This document shows, piece after piece, positions 52,502 through 64,000 of a stretch of 64,000 bases of DNA. The notes beneath the pieces are model-generated. The model made no database searches. It saw nothing but the letters and a program-made list of their open reading frames with translations, and had not been told where the DNA came from. Every line of letters starts with the position of its first letter. The stretch's first letter is position 1. Location: positions 131,378,001-131,442,000 of the forward strand of contig OX597815.1 of assembly GCA_951406725.2 (NCBI GenBank). Direction: 5' to 3'. The position numbers and the translations under genes were made by a program. The DNA is from Octopus vulgaris (taxonomy: Eukaryota).

Positions 52502-52556
<55 letters not shown>

Positions 52557-54469
52557 TTACAAAATAAAATTTATGTAAAAAACAAGTCGCACTGGATAAC
52601 CAATAGAAATGTTTTATATTTCAATACACTCTATGTGTGTTAAACAGCTCAGTCTTTTTTTTTATTTGGACTATTTCAATTTACGTAACAGAAAATAAAA
52701 CAGATACTAGATTTAAGAACATTATTCGTTATGTTATGGAACCATAGCGAATGGGGATTTGTCTACCACTGAAACCCGTTAGAGCATGAGGTAAATATCA
52801 AATATTAAAATGTCTATTTACATTCACAAATTTGATGCATTTTTATTCTAAGGCCCAATTTGGTGGTAGACGCTATTTTGGACATGCATTAACCCAATAA
52901 TTTGTGCGATAAGAAGGACTCTGGTATAGCAGATAGGTAGTCTTACAATGCGAGCTGTTACAGAGTTATATGTTTGATAATGCGGTGTACTTGGACTCGT
53001 TCCACAGCTTCTATATGGAATAGAAGATAGGCTAGAAAGAGTTATAATTTTAAATATATAACGCGGGTTTGTATTCATTCTACATATAATAGTTTTGATC
53101 CTTTTTACAAAGAAATGGTTGTCTCAGGGAAATAAACATGGCACTTTTTCAATAAAGATTTAACAAAAAGCAAGAAAAAGTTTGTCGAACTTCTTTTTAC
53201 TGCGAGAAAGTTGCGTATACTTTGAGTAGAGTGAAATATATCTCTTCATTTGACAGTCCTTTGATTTACGGATTATTTTTAGAGTAGCTACGTTTACGAT
53301 ACAACTATTGTCAATACAATAAGAACAGCACTGGAGTGCCTGCAGTCTACTGAAATATTGGTGTCACTGATGTCAAAATCAGTCGTGCCTGACGAGAAAT
53401 ATGATATGAAAGTAGCCAATAATTTTCTCAGACGGAACTATTGATGCAGTTTAAAGATAGAAAATTCATGTTCACTATAGTATGGATGTATACAATAGGG
53501 TTCTAAAATGCTTGGAAGTACGGAAACCAGTGTAAATCATTTAATTTATTGTATAGTTTCTAGAACAAGCCTTTTAGTAAACATTGCTCTAGGGTCACTA
53601 CCTTCCTACTTAAACTAGAATAGTGGTTTCAATCAATTTGGATAGGAATCAATGCTAAATATTGAACTTCATGAACTAAATAAATTGTTTGACTTGTCAG
53701 ATGGAATTGATGGAGCCAATATAAATGGTTTATAGTTATCATCAACAGAAGTGAAGTATCAAAGCAGTGTTGATATACTTAATTATTTTCAAATGATAGA
53801 ATAAGGAATTTTGGATGTGTTAGACTCAACATTGTTAGCAAGAATCGATGCAACAGTGTAAGTATCTAGTACTCTGTGACATTATTTGTTATGGATATGA
53901 AGAAATCATTCCCGGAGGTTCGAAATATTTTCGTCAGCATTGCGATTTTTATTCTTTCACCAGTATGTTTAAGACGAAAAGCATATTTTGATTGAGACGT
54001 TAAGGCCTGCAGGATTCTGAATACAGAAAACAGTGATACGGCTAAGCCTTAGCCAGCTCGCCGCCTTAGATTAATTACCATTATGAATGACAGAGATGAA
54101 CTGGCAGAACCGTTAGCACGCCGGGCGAAAAACGTAGCGGTATTTCGCCCGTCGCTACGTTCTGAGTTCAAATACCACCGTGGTTGACTTTACATTTCAT
54201 CTTTTCGTGGTCGGTAAATTCAGTACCATGTGCGTGCTGGGGTCGATCTAATCGAGTGGCCTCCTCCCCGAAAATTTCAGGCCTTGTGCCTTGTGCCTTG
54301 TGCCTATGGTAGAAAGGATTATGAATGACAGAAGCAAAAGAGAATATTTCACAGTGCACGTTGCAATTCTCTCAGATAACTGAAGATTAAAAAAGTTGAG
54401 AAGTACTCAATATATGTTATGTTAAAATTACTGATGTCAAGCATGGGAGGACATTCAGCAAGAAAAATG

Positions 54470-54935
54470 AAAGTCACGCCATCGGAACATCAGATGCCAT
54501 CCCCAAAACACTTTACAAAAAACAAAAGATAAGAATGTATCAAAAACATGTACAGCCTGTGGAACGTGGACCGAGATACATTGGGGAAGAATGGTCCCAA
54601 GTTGGCACAGGGAGTATATAAGACATGGAAATATGACCAGGTTGTTGAAGCTTTACTCTGGAAAATGTGCCAGAAATGAGGATTTGAAGCTGGAAACATA
54701 TGGTACAACCATCGAGTCGAAAGAGTACGGGAGTCGGAGAAATGTAAGATTTTGTGGAACTTTCCCATTCAAACAGAAAAAAAAAGAAATTAACAGACTG
54801 GACATAATGATTATCAGGAGGGTTCTGAGCACTAGAAGGACTGTTGAAAACTTGTGGTTACCTAAGTTTGCAGGTAGTAACCCGCTATCCACATAATTCC
54901 TATCAGGAGAACGACCGAACCTGAGCCAGTTTCTC

Positions 54936-54936
<1 letters not shown>
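54470..54936 (+). mobile_element. Old R4/Dong-like 3' fragment ending in (TAA)n
   Basis: CTACGT..T..HW...GPKLAQGVY..., ILWNFPIQTEK...NRLDIMII and RRVLS motifs across frameshifts. Confidence 0.6.
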
Positions 54937-54984
<48 letters not shown>

Positions 54985-54997
54985 TAATAATGATAAA

Positions 54998-56258
54998 GAG
55001 CAACTGAGTATGGAGTATTTCCGAAGACTGAGGCTGGTGTAGCATTCAAAACTGACTGGATGGAATAAAATCCAAGTAGTTAATACATGGGCGATAGCAC
55101 CATTCCGATATAGAGCGGGAAGATATAAAATGGCAAAAGAGAGAAATGAAGAAAACGGATACCAAGACCAGAATAATGTTGACAGTACACGGAGCCTTCT
55201 ACCATAAGAGTGACACCGATATGCTGTACTTGTCCAGAAGAAAGGGTGGAAGAGGTTTGATCAGTTGCCAGGACTGTACCGAAACAGAGGGAAAAGCCTA
55301 AGGTGGTATATAAAAATGATGTGGAGCCAGTGTTGAAACAGGAAGCAGGGCGGCGTAATCAAAACTGAAAATTGTGTAACTAAATAGAAAATAAAATAAA
55401 AAATGAATAAAAAAGAAAAAGCATGGAAGGAAAAGAAAATGTACGGTCAGTTTGCAAGAGATGAGAATACCAAGACAGATACAGAAGACCGGTATCTATG
55501 GATGAGAAGGAGTGATAATGACAGAGGCACTCATACGCGCAGCTCAGAAACAATCGTTAATGACCAATTATATGAAGTACAGAATAAACAACATTACTGA
55601 TAGCGACAAATGCAGAATATGTGGTGAGAAGGGTGAAACGGTATGGCTCATCGTTAGCGAATACCTGAAATTGGCACAACGCGAGTATAAAAGATGCTGT
55701 GACAATCTGGCAACAATGATCCATTGTGAGCTCTGTGGAAAACACGACCTACAAAGAGAAAAGACGTGGTATGAGCAAACTGCAGAAGGAGTTACCGAAA
55801 ACGAGAAGTGCAAAATCCTGTGGAGATGCAATGATCCAGTACGATCACCCGACCAAACATCGGAAACCGCACATTGTTGTGGTGAATAGAAGAGAAAGAA
55901 TATGTATGATAATCAACATGGAATGCCCCGGTGACAACAGGATCAATGTGACAAATTAAAAAATAAACAGCTATGGCGACATGAAGTGGGAAATACGGAG
56001 GTTGTGGTCAATGAAGAGAGTGGACGTGATACCAATAGTAATTGGTGCATTTGGAAGTATCAGCACTCAACTATCAATATGGCTGAAAATGATCGATGCA
56101 AGTGTGAAGGTAGAACACCAACAAAAATCAGCATTGTTTGGAACTGCAAGAATTCTTCGCAGGGTTCTTAAAGCATGACCAGTAGCAAGTGCCACCTTAG
56201 TGTACTGGATGTGGACAGCTGACACCATCATACACAGCAAAATAAGTTGTGAGTTTTC
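54998..56258 (+). mobile_element. R4/Dong-like RLE LINE 3' half in (TAA)n
   Basis: LYLSRRKGGRGL, TEALIRAAQKQSL..CRICGEKGETVWLIVSE..KLAQREYKR, RKPHIVV and IPIVIGAFG..QKSALFGTARILRRVL*. Confidence 0.9.
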
Positions 56259-56332
<74 letters not shown>

Positions 56333-57667
56333 GCAACAACAACAAAAATATGGATTGACATCAAAAACAATAGAATGGATTTGGACATTATGTAAACTGC
56401 TGTAGAGGTGCTGCTATAATTCTTAAAACGCAACTCGTAAATTATTGATGAGTTCAGGTATGGAAGCAGGAACAGAAGGCTAAAGTTCGTATGCCGAAAA
56501 CAACCAAGCCTATGTATGAAAAAGGGAAAATGATGCAGACCTAAAATCTGCAAACATTGCAACTAATTTATAGAAAAAAATGCATCTCATATTGCTCAGC
56601 CCTGATAACCAAATGAGTATCGGTTTGCCATGACAGAGTAAACCAATTCTTAAATTAGAAGAAACAAAATAATAAAAAGCAGACATCTAATGGCTTGAAT
56701 ACTAGCCAGAGCCAGTCAAGGAAGGAAATAATCTGACAGTTCTTTGGAATTTAGTAGTCAACACAGACCAGGAAATTCGAGGAAATACGTCGTATTGCCG
56801 TCATCAAAGACACAAAAGATAAGACCAGCAAATTAATTAGTAAACCACCAGCCAATAATATATCGATAAAAATATTTCAAAATCTAAATGAATACAATGA
56901 ACTAGAGATAGAAATCTAAATGATGCGGCTCTTTAAAACGGAAGCCGCTTCAGTCATCATAGTTATCTGATGTGCATAAAACATGAAACATCATGGTGGA
57001 GGCAGTGTTTTGTCTGGTGAGAGCTTATCGATGTTCTTTTGTGGTGACAACCATTGACGTACTCCACTGGTGACAGCCATTCATAGTCTCTTGTAAAACA
57101 AAGTGTTTTTATTTTTCGAGTGAGTGTATATGCATTGAATAATCCATTGTTTGGGTTAATTCCTTTCTTATAAACGTTTGATTCCTTTTGTCCTCATCAC
57201 CATTCGCCGTAGTTGTACTCGTCCTCGTCGTAGTAGTATTTGGAGTAGCAAGTAAACAATTTAGGTAAACAATTATATATTTTTAAAATGGCAGTTTTAG
57301 TGTCATGCCTGTTTTTCGAATAACAGTTCTTTTTGCTTGTTTATGCGAATGTGTGTGAGTCAGTGTGTGTGCGCATACGCATGTATGTATGTATACAAGC
57401 ATGTAAGTGTGTGTATGCTTGTATGTGTGTGTGTGCGTATTTATATAAGTATGTATGTGTGTAAGTTTGTATGTATCCTGCATATTCATGTCTTTGTGTG
57501 TTTGTTTGAATATGTATGCGTGTGGAACTATGTCTCCTTGTGTGTGCATGCCTGAGTGTGCCTGTGTTAAATGCGAACGAGGTCGACTTTTCCTTTGAAC
57601 CTTCCAGGTTCGATAACATAAAATATCAGCTAATCGGCTTAAAAGTTACCCTTAAACTTTCTCTCTT

Positions 57668-58076
57668 TTCTCTCTTTTACTTGTTTCAGTCATTTGACTG
57701 CAGCCATGCTGGAGCACCGCCTTTTAATCGAGGAAATCGACCCCAGGACTTATTCTTTGTAAGCCTAGTACTTATCCTATCGGTCTCTTTTGCCGAACCG
57801 CTAAGTAACGGGGACGTAGACACACCAGCATCAGTTGTCAAGCGATGTTGGGGACACAAACACAGACACACAAACACACACACGTATATATATATATATA
57901 CATATATATGTATATATATGACGGGCTTCTTTCAGTCTCCGTCTACCAAATCCACTCACAAGGCTTTGGTCGGCCCGAGGCTATAGTAGAAGACACTCGC
58001 CCAAGGTGCCACGCAGTGGGACTGAACCCGAAACTGTGTGGTTGGTAAGCAAGCTACTTACCACACAGCCAATCCT
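57668..58076 (-). mobile_element. Full-length SINE family A, little diverged
   Basis: Reverse complement of 49787-50190, with a canonical GGTTCAGTCCC and ACCTTGGGCGAGT. Confidence 0.9.
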
Positions 58077-58239
58077 GCTAACTTTGTTTCAAACTTTGAA
58101 ACATTTGTAAGTGATTGGGAAAGAGTAAGGGACTGACAAAATCCTTGGCATCAGGTCTTTCGGTTCGAATCCAGCTGAAGGCCAGTTTGCCTTTTGTCTT
58201 TTCGGGATCGATGACATAAAGTGCCAGTCAAGTACTGCA

Positions 58240-59199
58240 GTGCGTCTTTCAGGCCTGCAATCATTCCTGTTGTCCAACAGAGTACGCACATTCCAACATG
58301 AAATGTTTAAGTTCCGTCTAGATTTTATAGATAACAGACTCTTTGTTTTTCGAGCGCAGGGTGGACATCCGTCAGTCGCGCTAAACTGACCAGATATGGA
58401 AAGACAGGCAATTATTGGTTCACCTTTTCTAGAACCTCCCCGGTCTCCAGGTGAGCAATGCCCTCTCCAAATGGAGCTGCTCAGACACCCATGCAGCAAC
58501 CGAATCCTACCGCTGTCTTGGGCGACAAGGAGACGACTTTATATCTAGCATGGGCCGCTTACGTGCAGGTCGCTGACTACATGCTTCCAACCCGTCAGGT
58601 CTGCATGCTTCACCACCTTCCCATCGCCGCAGGACTTCCGAATGAAAAAGAAATAAAAAAGGAGGAGGTCGGCATTGCCTGTGCAGAGTTTTATGTCCAA
58701 TAAGGCGTGCACAACACCTCACAGACCCTCTCCACTCTACTGACATTATCCAGAGACAAACCGGAGCAAGATGTCTGGTGCCAATATGAATCGCAGGCTC
58801 AGGGATGTGGGAGCGCCGTGATCTCTAGCACAAACCAAAGCTCCCCAAAATGTTCAATGCCATTCCCTGCATATCTGGTTTTATATCAGAGTGACATTCT
58901 CCTAGAGACGTGCTTTAACAAAAGCTGAGGGGCACCTCACTCCCAGTGGTCTTTCAGCACTCCGGACACCACCCCAGAATTTCTACGTACCCGTACTAAC
59001 ATTTATTGGATGGCCGTTGACTCTCAAGAGGTCCTCCGTCCTTTGACGGGTTTTATTTTTCATCCCGCAGGGTGTCCAATAAACACCCTCCTCACCAAGC
59101 AAGCTTGGTGGGGTTGCCGGTTTAGTCGCCGACGACCCGACCATGCAACAGGTTGTACTGGGTTACATGTTACCAGTAGCACTCGAAAGTGACCTGACA

Positions 59200-59204
<5 letters not shown>
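58240..59204 (-). mobile_element. RTE-clade LINE 5' end (5' UTR plus start of the APE endonuclease)
   Basis: ORF 58089-58499 contains LNISCWNVRTLLDN..RPERRTA, the typical RTE APE N-terminus. A GC-rich ~0.8-kb leader begins at a (TA)n junction. Confidence 0.85.
59117..59204 (-). ncRNA. HDV-like self-cleaving ribozyme remnant at the RTE 5' end
   Basis: P1 (t)ATCAT/ATGGTC, J1/2 with a CACT-TTCG-AGTG hairpin, P2 CCAGT/ACCGG, P3 ACA/TGC, L3 ACCTGT with CC pairing to GG after P1, P4 TCG-TCGG-CGA, and J4/2 CTAA. Confidence 0.6.
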
Positions 59205-59257
<53 letters not shown>

Positions 59258-59611
59258 TTAGAGATAAAGCCACTATTATGCAACTGAAGTATATATGCAT
59301 ATACATATGTGTGTGTACACACTCACGCACATTCTTTGGCATGTATATTTCTCCATTAATCTACCATTACATTTAAATGTGAAATATTAAAAAAAACAAT
59401 TATACTTTTTCCTTATTTCTCCGAATACCTAGTCAAAGCAAAAACACTAAGAAGACATTGGTGTTGTATCTAGGAAAAATTTGTGAATATTATTAATATA
59501 TATTGCATAAGTACAAACTTATTAACATACATAATACATACTTATATATACATACGTACATGCATACAAGTATACACACATACATATATATACATTTAGA
59601 GAGAGATGGAG

Positions 59612-59642
<31 letters not shown>

Positions 59643-59977
59643 CGAGTGGTAACTCATATATTTATGCATCTATATTTATATATACATATGCTAAATCATT
59701 TTGTTTATATCTATATAGAAATTACAATGTTTGCGAAGTTGCTGCAAGTTTATTACATACATCTATGTTATTTGCATGAAGTTATTTTTATCTTGATGTA
59801 TGTTCAGTTTTGTTTATTACTATGTCGGAGATATATATTCGCAGCCACTTCAAAAGTCGGAAATAGCTTTGCTTTCTTGCTAACATGATAAGATTCGGAA
59901 AAGTAAATATATTGATTTGACTTGAGCTTTCTAAACTACATATATGTCGATCTCATAACACTTATAAAGACACACCT

Positions 59978-60026
<49 letters not shown>

Positions 60027-60093
60027 AACACATATGTATTTATGTATGCATGCAGACACTCACATGTGAACATACATATGTGTGTTTTTTATG

Positions 60094-60124
<31 letters not shown>

Positions 60125-60369
60125 GTGTGTTTTTTTTGCCTGTATGTGTATGTATGTATGTACACACACACACACACACAAACATACATGCGCACGTATA
60201 CACAATTCAATGTAATTTTGTTTTTTATTTTTGAAGAAAAATGATTATTTATTTGTGCTTGTTTGTCTCTGATTGCACCTATGTACTTTTGATATTTTCT
60301 CTCGAAATTATATCAAATATTGGTTATCGATATATCATCATTCATTATTAATCTCCAGTGTCAACTTCG

Positions 60370-60389
60370 CCAAAACCACCACCAAAACC

Positions 60390-60423
<34 letters not shown>

Positions 60424-60960
60424 TCACCATCCTTATCATAATCATCATAATCCTCATCATCACCATCGTACTTATCATCATCATCATCACTACTCCACCC
60501 CCACCACTATCCTCATCTTCATTATCATCTTCATTATCATCATCATCAACATCCTCCTCCCCTTCCTCCTCCTCCTCCCCCTCCTCTCCCCCTCTTTTTC
60601 TTCCTCCTCCTCCTCTCCCCTCTTCCTCTTTCCTCTTCTTATTCCTCCTCCTCCTCCTCCTTCCCCCTGCCCATATTCTCCCCCCTCCCCCTCCTCCACC
60701 TCTTCATCCCCCTCTCCCCAGCTTCTTCTTCCTCCTCCTCTTCCTTCTTCTCCACCTCTTCCTCTTCCTTCTCCTTCACCTCTTCCCCTTCCTTCTCCTC
60801 CACCTCCTCCTTTCCTTCTCCACCTCTTCCCCTTACTTCTCCTCCCCCTCCCCTCCCCCTCTTATTTCCCTCCTCCTCTTCCTCTCCTTCCTCTTCTTCC
60901 TCCTCCTCCCCTTCCCTATACCTCATCATCACCACCACCACCACCTTTATCATTATCATT
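60370..60960. repeat. Compound (ACC/ATC)n and (TCC/TCT)n polypyrimidine low-complexity tract
   Basis: Directly visible. It explains the 234-238 aa pseudo-ORFs. Confidence 0.9.
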
Positions 60961-61729
60961 GTCCTTGTCGTACTTCTTATGCGTTGTAAATAATATTTGT
61001 AATAGGTTTGCTTGCTTCTATTAGAATCCGACGTAAATCTTTTTCGTTTTGTTTTGCTTTTGGCTCTTTCAATTCTGCACACCGTATTTCACTTCGATAG
61101 TCAGACACTTGTATTTTTTTGAAGGAGACACTTCTGTTATATTTAGATAGCTTTCTATTTTGCCTTTGTAATAATATAACTAAAATACCAAAATATTCTC
61201 TCTCATAAAAACCAAAATAGTGCAATCATTATACAACGAGAGTCAGGACATAATCATTGTAGACATCACTTCAATGAGAATTCTCTACAATTTGCGCTAA
61301 ATATTTTGAATCAATTTTTTTCAGTCTCATAAGCAACGTCCGCTTGTTCCCTAACTCCCAGTTGCCATTAAAAAACAGTGGCTTCTAAATAAGGCAGAAG
61401 GCTAATGTACGAAGTTTGCAGGGGTTCGGATAATAGTTGATAATATTGGCTTCAAAATTTGGCTAAAGGCCAGCAATTTCGGGTGTGGTTCTAAGTCGAT
61501 TACATCGACCTCAATACCTTACTAGCTCTTATTCTACCGATCTTGAAAGGATGAAAAGCTAAGTCGACCTCCGCAGGATTATGGTACTTCGATAGTAATT
61601 TATTTGATCAGTCTTCGAATGACGAAATTTAGCTTCTACGATATTTCAACTGTTTAAGAAATAACGGAAACATTTGGAGAACAAATTGATATTTTCACCC
61701 TTTACGGCGAGATTTGAAACGATTATTAC

Positions 61730-61995
61730 GTTATCATGTGACCGACCAGGCTAGCAGATGTCACACATCACTGGTCACAATGCGTTTTGCATTGTTTTAA
61801 CCTTCAAATGACGCCACCCCGCTGGCTAGGCGAGCAGGCCAACATTCCCTCCTGATCGAAAAGGAAACTAAAGCAACGGGAAATGACGTGTTTTGCTCAA
61901 GAACACAACACGACGCCGGCCAATTAGGGAATGGAATCCATGATCTAGCGAGCGTGAGTGCAACAGCCTAACCCCTAGGCCATGCGCCTTCACAA
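61730..61995 (-). mobile_element. SINE family D
   Basis: Matches 20866-21130. Confidence 0.8.
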
Positions 61996-63779
61996 TTGTA
62001 TGCATATTTATTCTTTAAACGTCTAGGCAGGTTCGGACGTAAAATATTATGGTTACCGTAGTGTACGTCATAGAATAATATCTCTCTTTTACGACTACAG
62101 CGCGTTCAACATACTTGGTTTAATGGCGCACAAAATTCTGGATCCCAGTTGTTTCGACATGTGTATCGTCAACGAGAAGCAACTGGAAGTTTGAATCTAT
62201 ACTAAGCCGCTGGCTTTCCTTATATTTTCAGCGAAAATATTGTTTGCTGATCGAACACAAAATGATCCTTTCTACTAAAGGCATAACGCCTGAAAACTAT
62301 AGGGAGGAGGCTAGTTAATTATATCAAATCCAGGGCTCAAAAGTTACTTTATTTATCGACTCCGAAAGTAGAAGTAGCAAGGTCAACCTCGGTGGTATTT
62401 GAACCCAGAACGTGAAACCGGAAAAGCTGCTGCTAAATATTGTGCCTGAAGTATTAACGATTCTGCTAGCTCGCTGCCATAAAAAAACAAAATGATAAGA
62501 TATATTGCGCTTTATAATAGTAGATCTATTATAGCTGTTGGTTTAAAGGAAAGCTAAACAAAGCTTTGAAAAAGGCCTTACTTTTGTTAATGCATTAACT
62601 GTAAAAATGAAGTGAAATATGTGAAACCAGGAATAAATATCCCTGGATACGCTGATAGTCTACCACATATAACTTTATGGCAAACATGTGTTAGCTGTTT
62701 TGCTCAGTTACATATGTGAAAACTGAGACAATAAACAATATGTTTCTTTTTGCAAACAACATTAAGACCAAGAACAGCAGATCTACTACTTGTTCAATAT
62801 CACAAACATCATTTTATAGCTATAAAGCAAAAGTGAGCGTAGTATTTAATTACTTTGGGACGTCATTCGACTAGAACTGTTGGGAATAAATGTTCCCAGG
62901 ATGTCATTTACATCAAATTATTCTTGTTGAATTATCTTTATGTCTAATGCCATACTACCTATATATAGATACAAAAATTAGTTCAAGCTTTCTTTTTCTT
63001 ATTAATCTTCTTATCGTTTAGTCGAAAATATATATTTAAGATATCTAGAGGTACTTCGGGAGTAGAACTTTATAGAGGTAAAAAACAGTAATAACAAAGA
63101 TCATCAACTTTATTAACCCTAAAATGCAGATGCACTTAGTTCTATGATCCGGAGCATAGAGTTAAACATCAATGAATTTCCGGTTACCATTTCTTTGATT
63201 TCAGTTAGTTAGCTTTACATCACAAACAAACAACTTCATCATCAACTTTCCGCGATGCCACAGTAAGGACAACAGGGTCTACCGGTTATAAACCTGATAA
63301 GGTTGAGAAGCCCATCGGATATACTAAGTGGAAGTGAAAAGATCTGCTTCGTCCCTCTCTTATTTGGTTTTGCGTGTTTAGTGTTGATTTTCTCACTGAA
63401 AACCAATGCCATGCTCACTGGTTGCATCTGTCAACCTTCGTGTCTATGTTTCAGCTCTTTACACTACACAAAACACAGCCGGCAATCTCTATGATGGCTT
63501 TCTCTCTTTCTATCTCTTTCTCTCTCTCTCTCTCTCTCTCTCACTCTCTCTCTTTAGCACGAACACTATTGGAGACTAATAACTAGAGAAGCTTCTGTTA
63601 TTTGGCAATTTCAGTGACTCAGTAGGTGTCACCCATGACTCCTGGCTATGTTTCTCAGCGTACCCCTTTCTTCCTCGTTCTCACTTTCTTTTTCTCCTCC
63701 TCCTCCTCCTTCTCCTCCTCCACATCATCAACATCATCATTGTCGTCATCGTCATCATCATCATCAACATCATCATCAA

Positions 63780-63820
<41 letters not shown>

Positions 63821-64000
63821 CGATCAGCAACGTTAATAACTCCGCCGTCAACGCTTACGAATACTACCATCAATATCAATGCACCCGCCATCACCAACCT
63901 CTCTTACTAACAAACATTTACATCATTGTCTGTTTATACAGTTCAATGAGGTCTGTCAGCATTTTTACTAAATCATTTTCTAATCGATATCTTCTATTAA

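Noticed and set aside
60273-61082. Longest ORFs in the window (234-238 aa)
   Set aside because: Low-complexity trinucleotide and polypyrimidine tract, open in several frames on both strands.

Overview
Eukaryotic, AT-rich, microsatellite-saturated genomic DNA. It is most likely a cephalopod (Octopus-like); I infer this from the SINE families and the (TA)n/(TAA)n/(CA)n load, and it is not proven. Almost every ORF in the supplied track is a microsatellite or repeat artefact, and I see no intact protein-coding gene. At most there is a tentative multi-exon minus-strand transcript at about 2.9-7.1 kb. The window is a graveyard of mobile elements: many tRNA-derived SINEs in several modular families, a 5S rRNA-headed SINE-like copy, several Penelope-like elements (PLEs, with GIY-YIG/RT remnants) embedded in (TA)n, R4/Dong-like RLE LINEs in (TAA)n, a decayed Ty3/Gypsy element, a mariner remnant and the 5' end of an RTE LINE. 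The main signal is RNA structure. A non-coding 0.73-0.82 kb tandem unit is present as two diverged subfamilies (4 copies). It carries the hammerhead ribozyme core motifs in a non-circularly permuted (pseudoknotted) order, and three helices show compensatory changes between subfamilies. The window also holds several conventional type I hammerheads, an inverted (ambisense) hammerhead pair, a tRNA-promoter plus hammerhead unit, an HDV-like ribozyme at the RTE 5' end, and long fold-back elements. All structures were read by eye, not computed, and repeat boundaries are approximate.
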